Positions 8,996-18,690 of a DNA stretch of 64,000 nt are shown in pieces (position 1 is the stretch's first letter; the number at the start of each line of letters is the position of its first letter). Both the position numbers and the translations under genes were made by a program. The DNA is from a bacterium (GTDB taxonomy: Bacteria; Patescibacteriota; Saccharimonadia; Saccharimonadales; UBA4665), in NCBI GenBank assembly GCA_021790005.1, contig JAJYIP010000001.1, positions 50,623-114,622 of the forward strand, written 5' to 3'. Below the pieces are notes generated by a model. The model ran no database searches. It had not been told where the DNA came from and worked only from the letters and a program-made list of their open reading frames with translations.

Positions 8996-9577
8996 GTGAA
9001 CCATTATCCTGACGGGATAATCGGAATTGATGAAGTTGGCAGGGGTTGCTTAGCTGGACCCCTAGTCGTCGGAGCGGTTAAGCTCAATCATCTTATTGAA
9101 GGCCTGACAGACTCTAAGTTATTAAGTCCTAAAAAACGCGAACAGCTAAACGAGCTGATTATTCAACTGTCCGCTTGTGTCGGACTGGGTTGGGCCAGTG
9201 CGCAAGAAATCGATAGGCTGGGATTAAACGGTGCTCTTGGTCTGGCCGGTGAACGGGCGCTTGCTAAGTTTAAGTTGGTGGAGTCAAGGATTATTCTTGA
9301 CGGATCACAAAACTATTTAAGTAAATTCAGTAATGTTGAGACCATTATTAAGGCAGATTTGACGATTCCGGCGGTCAGTGCCGCATCGATTGTTGCCAAA
9401 GTTGCACGTGATCATTACATGCAAGCACTGTCTTTGGAAATAGGCGGTTACGGTTTTGAGCGGAACGTCGGTTATGGCACGATTGAGCACATGAGAGCCA
9501 TCGCCACTCTAGGAATAAGTTCGCAGCATCGTCGTTCGTTTGAGCCGATCAAGTCGATGGTTGCAAATGCAGCTTAA
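8996..9577 (+). CDS. rnhB: Ribonuclease HII
   Basis: 193 aa, GTG start. GIDEVGRGCLAGPLVVGAV and DSKLLSPKKRE motifs. Confidence 0.9.
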   Translation: MNHYPDGIIGIDEVGRGCLAGPLVVGAVKLNHLIEGLTDSKLLSPKKREQLNELIIQLSACVGLGWASAQEIDRLGLNGALGLAGERALAKFKLVESRIILDGSQNYLSKFSNVETIIKADLTIPAVSAASIVAKVARDHYMQALSLEIGGYGFERNVGYGTIEHMRAIATLGISSQHRRSFEPIKSMVANAA

Positions 9578-12120
9578 GCCGTGAAGAATTCAAGCAAGAT
9601 GTTCAGATCACGTTCGCGCCAGGCTGATTGCCATATGATTGTTTCAACTGCCTGATCTTTGCTGCGCTTGAATCCCTGGCTCATGTGTTGGTCGAAGAAT
9701 GCATTAAATTCTTTAAGAAAATCTATCCGGCTGAAGGCACTGGCTACGATGCGCGGCATCATGTAAAAACTCAGTTCGTTACCCAAATTATTATCTAACC
9801 AGTCCCAGTTATCCTTGATCCATTCCCAGGTTGCCAGTTTGGCGTATCGGTTAGACAGACTATAACTAATCCAGTAGGTGGCATCCTGTAAACGCACGTC
9901 CTTAGACTTAATCATGGCCAAGCTTTTAGTGATTAATTCCGGTTGCTTAAAGTTGGTTAAGCCGGCAGCCAATGTAATTTTTTCTTCGCTGTTTATCGTA
10001 GCCTTGTACATTTCTCTAAGTTCATTAAATGTTTTTTCAGCGCCGTGCTTGGCGACGGTCGTATAGACAACTCCCCGGATATCCGCTGGAATGGGTTTAG
10101 TCTGGTGGTCGTTAAAAAGTTTTTGAGCGGTCTTTATAGCAGCCGAATTGTCACTGGCGGTCATGAGACCAAGAATAAGGGGCCTCAGCAGAGTGTCGAA
10201 AATAGATTCATCAGGTTTTTGGTGCCATCCCAGCTTGTGGTATTGATCTTTAGCCAACTCGGCAATAAAAGGGTTCATTTTCGAACGCAGCTTATCATCA
10301 TCCATTACCCGGCGAATTTGACCAACGTTAGTACTTATAACATCCCAGACATACAGGCTATCTTCATGCTCATAGGCCTTGAGCAGGTCGAGGGCGGCCA
10401 AACTGCTGCCATAGCCGGCCTTGGCAGCTTCAAAGCTGTCAGCCAGTAACCCCTGTCGATCGAGGGGGCTTATTTTACCTTTTAAAATCGCTTGTTTTAA
10501 ACGCACGATATACCTATCGTTATAAGCAACTCTCGTAAAACTGCTGCGTCCCTGGTTGATTAATACCAGTTCAGCTTTGGACTTTAAAACAGTCTCGTAG
10601 TTAAGCTTGGTTAGTATATCCGTGCCAATATCTGAAGATGATGATAGGGGAATGGGCCAGATGGTATCGGCCTTAGTTATGGCCGGGTTCAAATAAAATC
10701 TGCTTTGATGCAAGCTGAGCTTACTATCCTCAATATCGGCGTGGATGATCGGATAGCCGGATTGTTTTGTCCATTGGTTCATAAATTGAGCAATTGGTTT
10801 ATTGGCTGCTTTTTCCCAGGCTTGCCATAGATCTTGACTTTCGCTGTTCGAGTAAGCGTGTTGTTTAAGGTATAGTCTAAGTCCGTTTTTGAAATCGGTT
10901 TCGCCTAAATAACGCATCAGCATAAATAGTACGCTGGCGCCTTTTTCATAACTGATACTGTCGAAGATGGTCCTGATTTCGTCGGGATGATGTATGTCGA
11001 CATTAATCGGGTGCGTACTTTCCAGGCTATCCAATCGAAAGGCCGCACTTTGTTCTTCAGTTATAAATTCATTCCAGACATGCCAATCAGGATGCAACTC
11101 GTCAATCGCCCGGTAACTCATCAGACTGGCGAAACTCTCATTTAGCCATAGATCATTCCACCAACGCATGGTAACGAGGTTGCCGAACCACTGGTGAGTC
11201 AGTTCGTGAGCTATAACATTGGCCACGTATTGTTTCATGTTTAGGCTGGTATTGTCATCGTCGACCAGTAAAGCTTGCTCACGGAAAGTAATCAGGCCCC
11301 AGTTTTCCATCGCTCCGGAAGAAAAGTCCGGCAATGCTACTAAATTACAGCTCGGTAGGGGATAATCGATCGCGAAGTATAGGTTATAAAAATCTAGACA
11401 AGCAATAGCTGTCTCCAGCGCGAAAGCAGTTTGCTGGACCAGCTCGGGTGTAGCATATGTTTTCACTACGATGCCGTTTTTAGTTTTGCCCTCTAAGGCG
11501 TCTAGTCTGCCGATTACGAAAGCTAACAAATAGGTGCTCATTTTGGGGGTAGGATAAAAACTGGTTTTGACCCGGTCATCAACTGTTGTCTGAGTAAGAA
11601 TATTGGTGTTGGCCAGGACGGTTTCGGACTTATGAGACATCAGACTTAAGTTAAATATCGCCTTGGCTTCTGGTTCATCAATACATGGGAAAACCTGCCG
11701 AGCGTAGTGACTTTCAAATTGGGTGGCTAAGATAACCTCTTCGTGGCCTTCGTAATCGTAAAAACAAGGATATAGCCCATCCATTGGCTTAGTTATTTTG
11801 CCGCTGAAGTCTATAGCTATGCTGTATTCACCAGGATAGAGCACCTCCGAGCCGTGCAGTCTTAGTTCATCGTAGCGTTTATGAATCGCTATCCGTTCCA
11901 GTTTGATTGTCTGATCGCCGGTTTTTCTATGAGCTGTAATTGTCGCCTGATTGATTCTAAGACCTTTAGCATGCAGGACAAGTCGTTTCGATGGTCGATG
12001 GGTCTTTACGCCACGGATGGTTACATGGCCGTTAAAGTCCATAGTTGCCTTATTTGGATCAATAAACAGTTCGTAGCTATGTGGCTTGAACTGTCTGAAT
12101 AAACGACGTACTGATTTCAT
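9574..12120 (-). CDS. pepN: M1 family aminopeptidase N
   Basis: 848 aa. GAMEN motif (SGAMENWG) and zinc site HELTHQWFGNLVT...WLNESFA. Confidence 0.92.
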   Translation of the reverse strand: MKSVRRLFRQFKPHSYELFIDPNKATMDFNGHVTIRGVKTHRPSKRLVLHAKGLRINQATITAHRKTGDQTIKLERIAIHKRYDELRLHGSEVLYPGEYSIAIDFSGKITKPMDGLYPCFYDYEGHEEVILATQFESHYARQVFPCIDEPEAKAIFNLSLMSHKSETVLANTNILTQTTVDDRVKTSFYPTPKMSTYLLAFVIGRLDALEGKTKNGIVVKTYATPELVQQTAFALETAIACLDFYNLYFAIDYPLPSCNLVALPDFSSGAMENWGLITFREQALLVDDDNTSLNMKQYVANVIAHELTHQWFGNLVTMRWWNDLWLNESFASLMSYRAIDELHPDWHVWNEFITEEQSAAFRLDSLESTHPINVDIHHPDEIRTIFDSISYEKGASVLFMLMRYLGETDFKNGLRLYLKQHAYSNSESQDLWQAWEKAANKPIAQFMNQWTKQSGYPIIHADIEDSKLSLHQSRFYLNPAITKADTIWPIPLSSSSDIGTDILTKLNYETVLKSKAELVLINQGRSSFTRVAYNDRYIVRLKQAILKGKISPLDRQGLLADSFEAAKAGYGSSLAALDLLKAYEHEDSLYVWDVISTNVGQIRRVMDDDKLRSKMNPFIAELAKDQYHKLGWHQKPDESIFDTLLRPLILGLMTASDNSAAIKTAQKLFNDHQTKPIPADIRGVVYTTVAKHGAEKTFNELREMYKATINSEEKITLAAGLTNFKQPELITKSLAMIKSKDVRLQDATYWISYSLSNRYAKLATWEWIKDNWDWLDNNLGNELSFYMMPRIVASAFSRIDFLKEFNAFFDQHMSQGFKRSKDQAVETIIWQSAWRERDLNILLEFFTA

Positions 12121-12198
12121 GACTATCCCTGTAGCTTGAATTAACTTCTAACAAGTTTAGCATGTCGGTTAAATCTTTCGACAATCCAAATAATATTA

Positions 12199-12297
12199 TT
12201 AATTACGTTCCTGATCGTTATCCCGGTTTAAGCGTTTGGCCAGCTCATGCCTGATTTTTTTAATCTCAATATCGCTTAACGGTTTTTTTACGGGCAT
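12199..12297 (-). CDS. Candidate small ORF, 32 aa (MPVKKPLSDIEIKKIRHELAKRLNRDNDQERN)
   Basis: Hand-translated; it falls below the ORF-track size cutoff. ATG at 12297-12295, TAA at 12201-12199, and a GGAG Shine-Dalgarno about 10 nt upstream of the ATG. I recognise no homology. Confidence 0.3.
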   Translation of the reverse strand: MPVKKPLSDIEIKKIRHELAKRLNRDNDQERN

Positions 12298-12379
12298 ATT
12301 TTAGCTTCTCCTAAGTTTTAGTAACCATAATAATGTAGCTTATGTGTCGGCCGCGACCTAGTATCATTTCTTACACAAA

Positions 12380-12409
12380 TTGACATAAAATAGGTTTATC
12401 TGGTAAATT
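12380..12409 (+). promoter_or_regulatory. Candidate sigma70-type promoter of nusA (TTGACA-18-TAAATT)
   Basis: A consensus -35 hexamer at 12380-12385 and an AT-rich -10-like hexamer at 12404-12409. It is the only plus-strand promoter-like element in the divergent spacer. Confidence 0.4.
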
Positions 12410-12420
12410 AAACTCAGATG

Positions 12421-12451
12421 ATCCGGCCGAAACCTTAGGTCGGATTTTTTA
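12421..12451 (+). terminator. Intrinsic-terminator-like hairpin in the nusA leader (candidate attenuator)
   Basis: AUCCGGCC (12421-28) pairs with GGUCGGAU (12438-45), giving 8 bp including one G-U pair, with a 9-nt loop. A run of 6 T follows immediately. It lies 30 nt upstream of the nusA ATG, and there is no upstream plus-strand gene for it to terminate. Confidence 0.5.
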
Positions 12452-12479
12452 GTGAAAAATATTTAAACAAAGGAAAATT

Positions 12480-13667
12480 ATGGATTTTGACTTTAAACAA
12501 CTGAGTGTCGCTATAAGGGCAATAGCTGAAGAAAAAAACTTACCGGAAGAAGCCGTTCAGGAAGTGGTTGAGCAGGCTTTGGCGGCTGCCTACCGTCGCG
12601 ATTACGGTGAGCGTGAGCAGGAAGTGCGCGTTAAAATGAATCTTAATACCGGTGACGTCGATGCTTATGTGTCTAAAGAAATTGTCGAGACTGTCTCTAA
12701 TCCGGCTTACGAAATATCTTTAAGCGAAGCTAAGACCCGTCAGAAAAACGCTGAGCTTGGTGAAACGATTGAAGTGCATGAAAAGGTCGAAAGTTTTGGT
12801 CGGGTCGCTGCCCAGACTGCTAAACAGGTCATTCTGCAGCGCCTAAGAGAAGCCGAGCGCGAGATCATTATGAGTGAGTTCGAAGACAAGATCGGTACGG
12901 TTATTAACGCTACGGTCGGCCGGGTTGAAGGTAGTGTGGTGCGAGTTGATCTGGGTAAAGCGCAAGGCATCATGCCACGCAGTGAACAAATCCAAGGTGA
13001 AAGATATTATCCCGGCCAACGCTTAAAGGTATATCTTAAAGACGTCGAGAGAGGCTTCCGTGGTCCACAGCTTATAGTAAGCCGCGGTAATCATGAATTT
13101 GTTGAATGGCTGTTTAGGAGTGAGGTTCCGGAAATGGAAAACGGAGCGGTTGAAATTAAGGCAATGTCCAGAGAAGCCGGCATCCGCTCCAAAATAGCCG
13201 TCTGGAGTAATGTGCCCGGAGTTGATCCGGTCGGTACTTTTGTCGGTGGACACGGTACGCGGGTCAATGCCGTAATGAGTGAGATTGGTGAACAGGAAAA
13301 GATCGACATTATTGTTTTTAGTGATAACCCGCTCGAATTTATTACCAACGCCTTAAGTCCAACTAAGGTTGCAAGTGTAACGATTGATCAGTCCGCTCAT
13401 AAGGCACAGGTATTGGTTCCGGAAGATCAGCTTAGTATAGCGATTGGCAAGGGCGGACAGAATGTACGTCTGGCCAGTAAGCTGACCGGTTATGAGCTGG
13501 ACATTGCGGCTGAAGCCATCAGTGCCAAACCTGCGGAAGTTAAGCCCGACACTGCTAGCCCTAAAAAAGACGAGCCGGCTACTAAGCCTGTACCGGGCAG
13601 GATTAAACGCAAAACCGAACTTGAATCCAGTCTGATTGAGGCCATCGAAGAGCACGGAGAGCAGTAA
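12480..13667 (+). CDS. nusA: Transcription termination/antitermination factor NusA
   Basis: 395 aa. N-terminal domain, S1 domain and two KH domains (LSIAIGKGGQNVRLASKLTG). AAGGA Shine-Dalgarno. Confidence 0.95.
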   Translation: MDFDFKQLSVAIRAIAEEKNLPEEAVQEVVEQALAAAYRRDYGEREQEVRVKMNLNTGDVDAYVSKEIVETVSNPAYEISLSEAKTRQKNAELGETIEVHEKVESFGRVAAQTAKQVILQRLREAEREIIMSEFEDKIGTVINATVGRVEGSVVRVDLGKAQGIMPRSEQIQGERYYPGQRLKVYLKDVERGFRGPQLIVSRGNHEFVEWLFRSEVPEMENGAVEIKAMSREAGIRSKIAVWSNVPGVDPVGTFVGGHGTRVNAVMSEIGEQEKIDIIVFSDNPLEFITNALSPTKVASVTIDQSAHKAQVLVPEDQLSIAIGKGGQNVRLASKLTGYELDIAAEAISAKPAEVKPDTASPKKDEPATKPVPGRIKRKTELESSLIEAIEEHGEQ

Positions 13668-13694
13668 TTAGCACTCTTGACTCGTGAGTGCCAG
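13668..13694 (+). promoter_or_regulatory. CIRCE-like (HrcA-type) inverted repeat upstream of clpC
   Basis: TTAGCACTC-ttgactcgt-GAGTGCcag matches the CIRCE consensus TTAGCACTC-N9-GAGTGCTAA at 16 of 18 positions with the correct 9-nt spacer. The spacer contains a TTGACT -35 hexamer, and TATCAT lies 18 nt downstream (13701-13706). Confidence 0.65.
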
Positions 13695-13855
13695 TAAGGT
13701 TATCATATTATTAATCTTAGCGTAATTAAAAAACGTTTAAAGATTTTTAAAGCTAAATTTTAGATCATAGAATTAGTTCGTAAATTTATCGTTGCAAAAG
13801 ATGAAAGAGATATATATTACAGCTAAGTATCAAAGAAAGGTGCTATAAAAATAGT

Positions 13856-16333
13856 ATGATGCCAGAGTCACCAGACTTTCAGGAATTTAGAAAGCATTTA
13901 ACCAATAACGCACTGCAAAGTCTACGTCATGCCGATGCAATTGCACGTAGTTTCGGTAGTGCCTATGTGGGGACTGAGCATTTATTGCTTGGCCTATTGG
14001 CTCAGGATACAAGCATGGGCGCTAAATTGCTTGAAAACGTCGGCGTAACACTTGATCGAGCCCGTTTAGTGTTAAACCTGACTCCTAAGGCTATTGTTAT
14101 TAATATGGGCGCAAAGGGTCTTAGCGAGACCGCTAAACTAACCCTTAAAACTGCCTACGATATTGCTCAGGATTATTCACAGGATTTTTGTGGAACCGAA
14201 CATATCCTCTTCAGTATTTTAAATCAGAAGAATTCCCGGGCTTCCAAATTGTTAAAAGACATGAATGTTGACATAGATAGTCTCGGACGAGAACTTGAGC
14301 AATTTTTAAGTCGCCAGCAGTACGAAGAACCCGGTATGTCGGGAGTAACCGGTTCGCGGTCTAAGCGTAATCGTAAAACTGCTTTGGATTACTTCGGAAC
14401 TGACTTAACCGAGCTGGCCAAAAAAGGCAAGCTTGATCCGGTTGTAGGGCGCGAAAATGAAATCGGTCGAGTCATTACGATATTGAACCGGCGTATGAAA
14501 AATAATCCGGTTCTTATTGGTGAACCCGGTGTTGGCAAGACGGCTATTGTCGAAGGTTTGGCTCAACGAATTGTAAGCGAAGAAGTTCCAGACAGTCTGC
14601 TAGATAAGCGCATTGTCATGATAGATTTGGCAGGAATGATCGCCGGAACTAAGTACCGGGGCGAATTTGAAGATCGCCTCAAAAAAGTCATGAATGAATT
14701 GGAATATGATACTAAAATCATCGCTTTTGTTGATGAAATGCACCTGATTGTTGGTGCTGGTGCGGCTGAAGGTGCCATGGACGCCGGTAACATCTTAAAG
14801 CCAGCCTTAGCTAGAGGTAAAATTCGTTTTATAGGTGCCACGACAACGGCGGAATATACCAAGCATATTGAAAAAGATGCGGCCTTGGAGCGACGTTTTC
14901 AACCAGTCCAGGTGCCCGAAACGACAGCGCCGCAAACTCTAGCCATCTTGAAGGGTTTGAGAAAGCACTACGAAGAATTTCACGGTGTTAAAATAACCGA
15001 TGAAGTGCTGGAAGACGCCGTTGCCTTATCCAAGCGCTATATTCAGGATCGTTACCTGCCGGATAAAGCCTTGGATTTACTGGATGAAGCTTCCGCCTAT
15101 ATTCGGGTGCAAAAGATAAAAACCAGTCCGGAAGTTCGTAAGCTGCACAAAGAGCTTAAGCTGGTTAATTTGCGTAAAGATGAAGCCAGCGATAACGAGG
15201 ATTACCAGCTGGCGGCGCACTATAAGACGCGTGCCAGTCAGATCTCTGATGAGCTAAACAAGCTGGAGGCTTCAATTAGAAAAGATAAGGCCATGGTGCT
15301 AAGTAGTGATGATTTGGCTGATGTGGTATCGCGTATAACCGGAGTTCCGGTTAAGAAAGTGATTCGTTCAGAAGCCAAGTATTTGCTGCATCTGGAAAAA
15401 ACACTCGGCAGATATATTGTCGGACAAGATGAAGCCGTTACGGCAGTAGCTAAAGCTATCCGCCGCAACCGTAGTGGTATAGGTAGCGAAAAAAGACCAA
15501 TCGGCTCGTTTATCTTTTTAGGCCCGACGGGTGTCGGTAAGACTGAGTTGGCCCGGGTTTTGGCTCGCGAATTCTTCGGCAGCGAAAACGCTTTGATTAA
15601 GATTGATATGAGCGAATTTGGCGAACATCACAATGTTTCTCGCTTAGTCGGCGCACCGGCTGGTTACGTTGGCTATGACGAAGGTGGACAGCTGACGGAT
15701 AAAATCCGCCGACAACCCTATAGCGTCGTCTTGTTTGACGAGATCGAAAAAGCTCATCCGGATATTTTTCATATACTGTTGCAGATACTTGAGGATGGAG
15801 TTCTAACCGATGCCAAAGGTCGCAAGATAGATTTCACTAATACGGTTGTGATTATGACTAGTAATATTGGAGCCGACAAGCTTCAAAAAGAAGCCTCTCT
15901 CGGTTTCCACGTCAGTAACCTGAGCTCTCAAAAAAGACTTGACGAGATGCATAACGAAAACGAGTCGAAAGTCAGGGATGAATTAAAGAAGATGCTACGG
16001 CCGGAACTGTTAAACCGTATCGATAAAACCATCGTCTTTAATGCTCTAACTAAAAAAGACATCTTGAGGATTGTTGATCTTCAGATAGAAGAACTGAAAA
16101 GTCGTTTACAAAAGAAAGGTATAGGCTTGGTATTGACGCCTAAAGCTAAACAGTACTTGTTGGATCACGGCTACGATGCCCTTAACGGCGTTAGACCGCT
16201 AAGGCGCCTGATTCAGGATACGATTGAAGATCGTATGGCTATGGAAGTTCTCGATGAACACTATTCCAAAGGAGATATTATTCAAGTGGCAACCAAAAAC
16301 GGCGAACTAGCTTATGCCACCCAAAACGAATAG
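13856..16333 (+). CDS. clpC: ATP-dependent Clp protease ATP-binding subunit ClpC
   Basis: 825 aa. Clp_N repeats, two AAA+ modules ([15 protein letters not shown]; [12 protein letters not shown]) and a UVR-like middle motif. Confidence 0.93.
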   Translation: MMPESPDFQEFRKHLTNNALQSLRHADAIARSFGSAYVGTEHLLLGLLAQDTSMGAKLLENVGVTLDRARLVLNLTPKAIVINMGAKGLSETAKLTLKTAYDIAQDYSQDFCGTEHILFSILNQKNSRASKLLKDMNVDIDSLGRELEQFLSRQQYEEPGMSGVTGSRSKRNRKTALDYFGTDLTELAKKGKLDPVVGRENEIGRVITILNRRMKNNPVLIGEPGVGKTAIVEGLAQRIVSEEVPDSLLDKRIVMIDLAGMIAGTKYRGEFEDRLKKVMNELEYDTKIIAFVDEMHLIVGAGAAEGAMDAGNILKPALARGKIRFIGATTTAEYTKHIEKDAALERRFQPVQVPETTAPQTLAILKGLRKHYEEFHGVKITDEVLEDAVALSKRYIQDRYLPDKALDLLDEASAYIRVQKIKTSPEVRKLHKELKLVNLRKDEASDNEDYQLAAHYKTRASQISDELNKLEASIRKDKAMVLSSDDLADVVSRITGVPVKKVIRSEAKYLLHLEKTLGRYIVGQDEAVTAVAKAIRRNRSGIGSEKRPIGSFIFLGPTGVGKTELARVLAREFFGSENALIKIDMSEFGEHHNVSRLVGAPAGYVGYDEGGQLTDKIRRQPYSVVLFDEIEKAHPDIFHILLQILEDGVLTDAKGRKIDFTNTVVIMTSNIGADKLQKEASLGFHVSNLSSQKRLDEMHNENESKVRDELKKMLRPELLNRIDKTIVFNALTKKDILRIVDLQIEELKSRLQKKGIGLVLTPKAKQYLLDHGYDALNGVRPLRRLIQDTIEDRMAMEVLDEHYSKGDIIQVATKNGELAYATQNE

Positions 16334-17327
16334 TGTTTTCAATTTAGCGGCCGTTTTTAAGTCATTGGTTGTCATGATTATGGCAATGGTAGCGGTTTCT
16401 GTGGTCTGGATGCTGTTTAATCTTACTACGGTCAGGGATTGGATTATTCTTGCCGGCTATAATCCGCCCAAATCCATCATCGCCATTGCCAATGAGGATC
16501 AGATGACGCCTTATGCCAAAACCTTGTTTTACGTTAATCGACCCGCCATATTAGGTAAAAGCCAATTTGCCCAGCAGTGCCCTAATCGGCTGGAACAGAG
16601 TTATGTTATCGGCTGCTATCATGGTGGCGACAATGGCATATTTTTACTGGATGTTACTGATCCAAGGTTAAACGGTATTATACCGGTCACGGCCGCTTAT
16701 GAAATGTTGCATGCTGGTTACGCTAGATTGAGCGTAGTCCAACGGACCAGTTTGGATGCGTCAATGTGGGCTTATTATGAAAAATACGTTAGTAGTCCGG
16801 AGATTCACCAGCAGATGGCGTCTTATGCTAAAACCGAACCTGGTGCTAAATACGATGAACTATACTCGGTGCTCGGCACTGAAGTTATGAATCTATCCCC
16901 ACAACTTGAGCGCCATTACAAACTATACTTTACTAACCGGCAGACAATCGTTAAGACTTATTTGGGTTATGAAGCGGAATTTACGCAGCGACAACAGCAA
17001 ATCGCCAGTGATGATCTTCAACTTAACAATTTAAAATACCAAATAACGGCCGATCAAACAAAACTCACAAGCTGGCAAGTGTTTATCAACACGCAAGCCG
17101 GACAAATGAAAGCTTTATTAAATAGTGGCGATTATAACGCCTACAACTCATTGATACCGGTCTACAATAATCAGGTTAACGCCTACAACCAACTACTGGC
17201 TCAAACCAAATCCTTAATCACTCAGTATAATAATCTGGTTAATACGAGAAACTCCCTAGCTTTGGAGGAGCAGCAGCTGGTACAATCGCTCAACTCCTCG
17301 TCTTTGCCGGCGTTAACGACTAAATAG
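16314..17327 (+). CDS. Hypothetical membrane-anchored protein with a Q/N-rich coiled-coil C-terminus
   Basis: 337-aa ORF that overlaps the clpC stop by 20 nt. N-terminal TM segment (VVMIMAMVAVSVVWMLF). I recognise no family. Confidence 0.6.
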   Translation: MPPKTNSVFNLAAVFKSLVVMIMAMVAVSVVWMLFNLTTVRDWIILAGYNPPKSIIAIANEDQMTPYAKTLFYVNRPAILGKSQFAQQCPNRLEQSYVIGCYHGGDNGIFLLDVTDPRLNGIIPVTAAYEMLHAGYARLSVVQRTSLDASMWAYYEKYVSSPEIHQQMASYAKTEPGAKYDELYSVLGTEVMNLSPQLERHYKLYFTNRQTIVKTYLGYEAEFTQRQQQIASDDLQLNNLKYQITADQTKLTSWQVFINTQAGQMKALLNSGDYNAYNSLIPVYNNQVNAYNQLLAQTKSLITQYNNLVNTRNSLALEEQQLVQSLNSSSLPALTTK

Positions 17328-17346
17328 AGTAATATATGGGTAAGAT

Positions 17347-18687
17347 ATGGTGAAAGCGAGTAAAGTTGCGAATTATGTATGTAGCGCCTGTGGAACGAGC
17401 TATTCCACTTGGTCGGGCCGCTGTGGTGCCTGTGGTGAGTGGAATACGATTGAACTTAATATGGCCAGTCCAGAACACAATCGTAGGGGTGGTAGTTTAT
17501 CTGTCCAGTCACTGGAAGACGGCTTAAAAATAAACGATCAGCGCATGGTGACCAGCATGAGTGGAGTCGATCAGGTATTCGGTGGCGGTGTGGTTAAGGG
17601 CAGTGTTAATTTAATTAGTGGTGAGCCCGGTATGGGCAAAAGCACGTTGCTGCTGCAGTTGGCTGCTGGCATAGCCAAACATGAGGAAGTGTTATACGTT
17701 AGCGGTGAGGAATCGCTTAATCAGGTAGCCATGCGAGCCCGACGCCTACAGCTAGCATCAGATAATTTAAAACTAGCGGCCACTAACTCAACGGATGAAA
17801 TTAAAGACGCCATCCATAGCGGCAAATACAAATTGGTGATCGTCGATTCCATTCAGACTGTCCGGACAGAAGAAGTCGGTTCATCGGCCGGTAGCATCAC
17901 TCAGGTTACTAATAGTGCGCGGCTGTTATCTAATGCTGCCAAGAGTAGTAATACAGCTATCTTTCTCGTCGGCCATGTGACCAAAGAGGGCAGTTTAGCC
18001 GGGCCAAGGCTGCTTGAACATATCGTCGATGTAGTTTTAAGCCTTGAAGGCGATAATAGTGGCGGGCTTAAATTACTGAGAGTGTCTAAAAACCGTTTTG
18101 GGTCAATCAGTGAAACGGCCATCTTTGAAATGAAATCTAACGGTTTAATGCAAGTGGATAATCCTTCTAAGGTACTGCTGGCTGAGCGTAAGGTGACTGA
18201 TGGATCTATCGTCTTGGCGACCATTGAAGGCAGCCGACCAATCTTGGTAGAAGTTCAGGCCCTGGTTAATCCAACTGGCTATGGGTATCCGAAACGTGCG
18301 GTCAGTGGCTTTGATCTATCCAGACTTAATCTGCTAGTTGCCATGATGGAAAAAAGAACGTCGTTAAAACTCAACGATCAAGATATCTACGTCAATATTG
18401 TCGGCGGACTTAAAATTACCGAACCGGCGGCTGATCTGGCGATAGTTATGGCCATAGCTTCGGCCGCCAGGGGCAAAAAACTTAAAGCCAATGCCGTGGT
18501 TTTTGGCGAAGTCGGTTTATCTGGCGAAATTCGCCATGTTTCCTTTATAGATCGAAGGATTGATGAAGCTAAAGCCTTGGGTTTCGATTACGCAATCGGG
18601 CCTAAAATACCAGCTAGATCCGACCAGCCTTCATTTTTAAAAACCGCAGCGGATGTTAAAAAGGCTCTCAATAGCTTTTTAAGTTAA
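17347..18687 (+). CDS. radA: DNA repair protein RadA/Sms
   Basis: 446 aa. N-terminal zinc finger CSACGTSYSTWSGRCGACGEWNT, Walker A GEPGMGKST, KNRFG motif and a Lon-like C-terminal domain. Confidence 0.95.
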   Translation: MVKASKVANYVCSACGTSYSTWSGRCGACGEWNTIELNMASPEHNRRGGSLSVQSLEDGLKINDQRMVTSMSGVDQVFGGGVVKGSVNLISGEPGMGKSTLLLQLAAGIAKHEEVLYVSGEESLNQVAMRARRLQLASDNLKLAATNSTDEIKDAIHSGKYKLVIVDSIQTVRTEEVGSSAGSITQVTNSARLLSNAAKSSNTAIFLVGHVTKEGSLAGPRLLEHIVDVVLSLEGDNSGGLKLLRVSKNRFGSISETAIFEMKSNGLMQVDNPSKVLLAERKVTDGSIVLATIEGSRPILVEVQALVNPTGYGYPKRAVSGFDLSRLNLLVAMMEKRTSLKLNDQDIYVNIVGGLKITEPAADLAIVMAIASAARGKKLKANAVVFGEVGLSGEIRHVSFIDRRIDEAKALGFDYAIGPKIPARSDQPSFLKTAADVKKALNSFLS

Positions 18688-18690
18688 GCT

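Noticed and set aside
13668-13855. CtsR operator (tandem GGTCAAA-type heptads), which would be expected upstream of clpC by analogy with Firmicutes.
   Set aside because: I found no such direct repeat in the 188-bp clpC upstream region. The CIRCE-type inverted repeat is the only recognisable operator.
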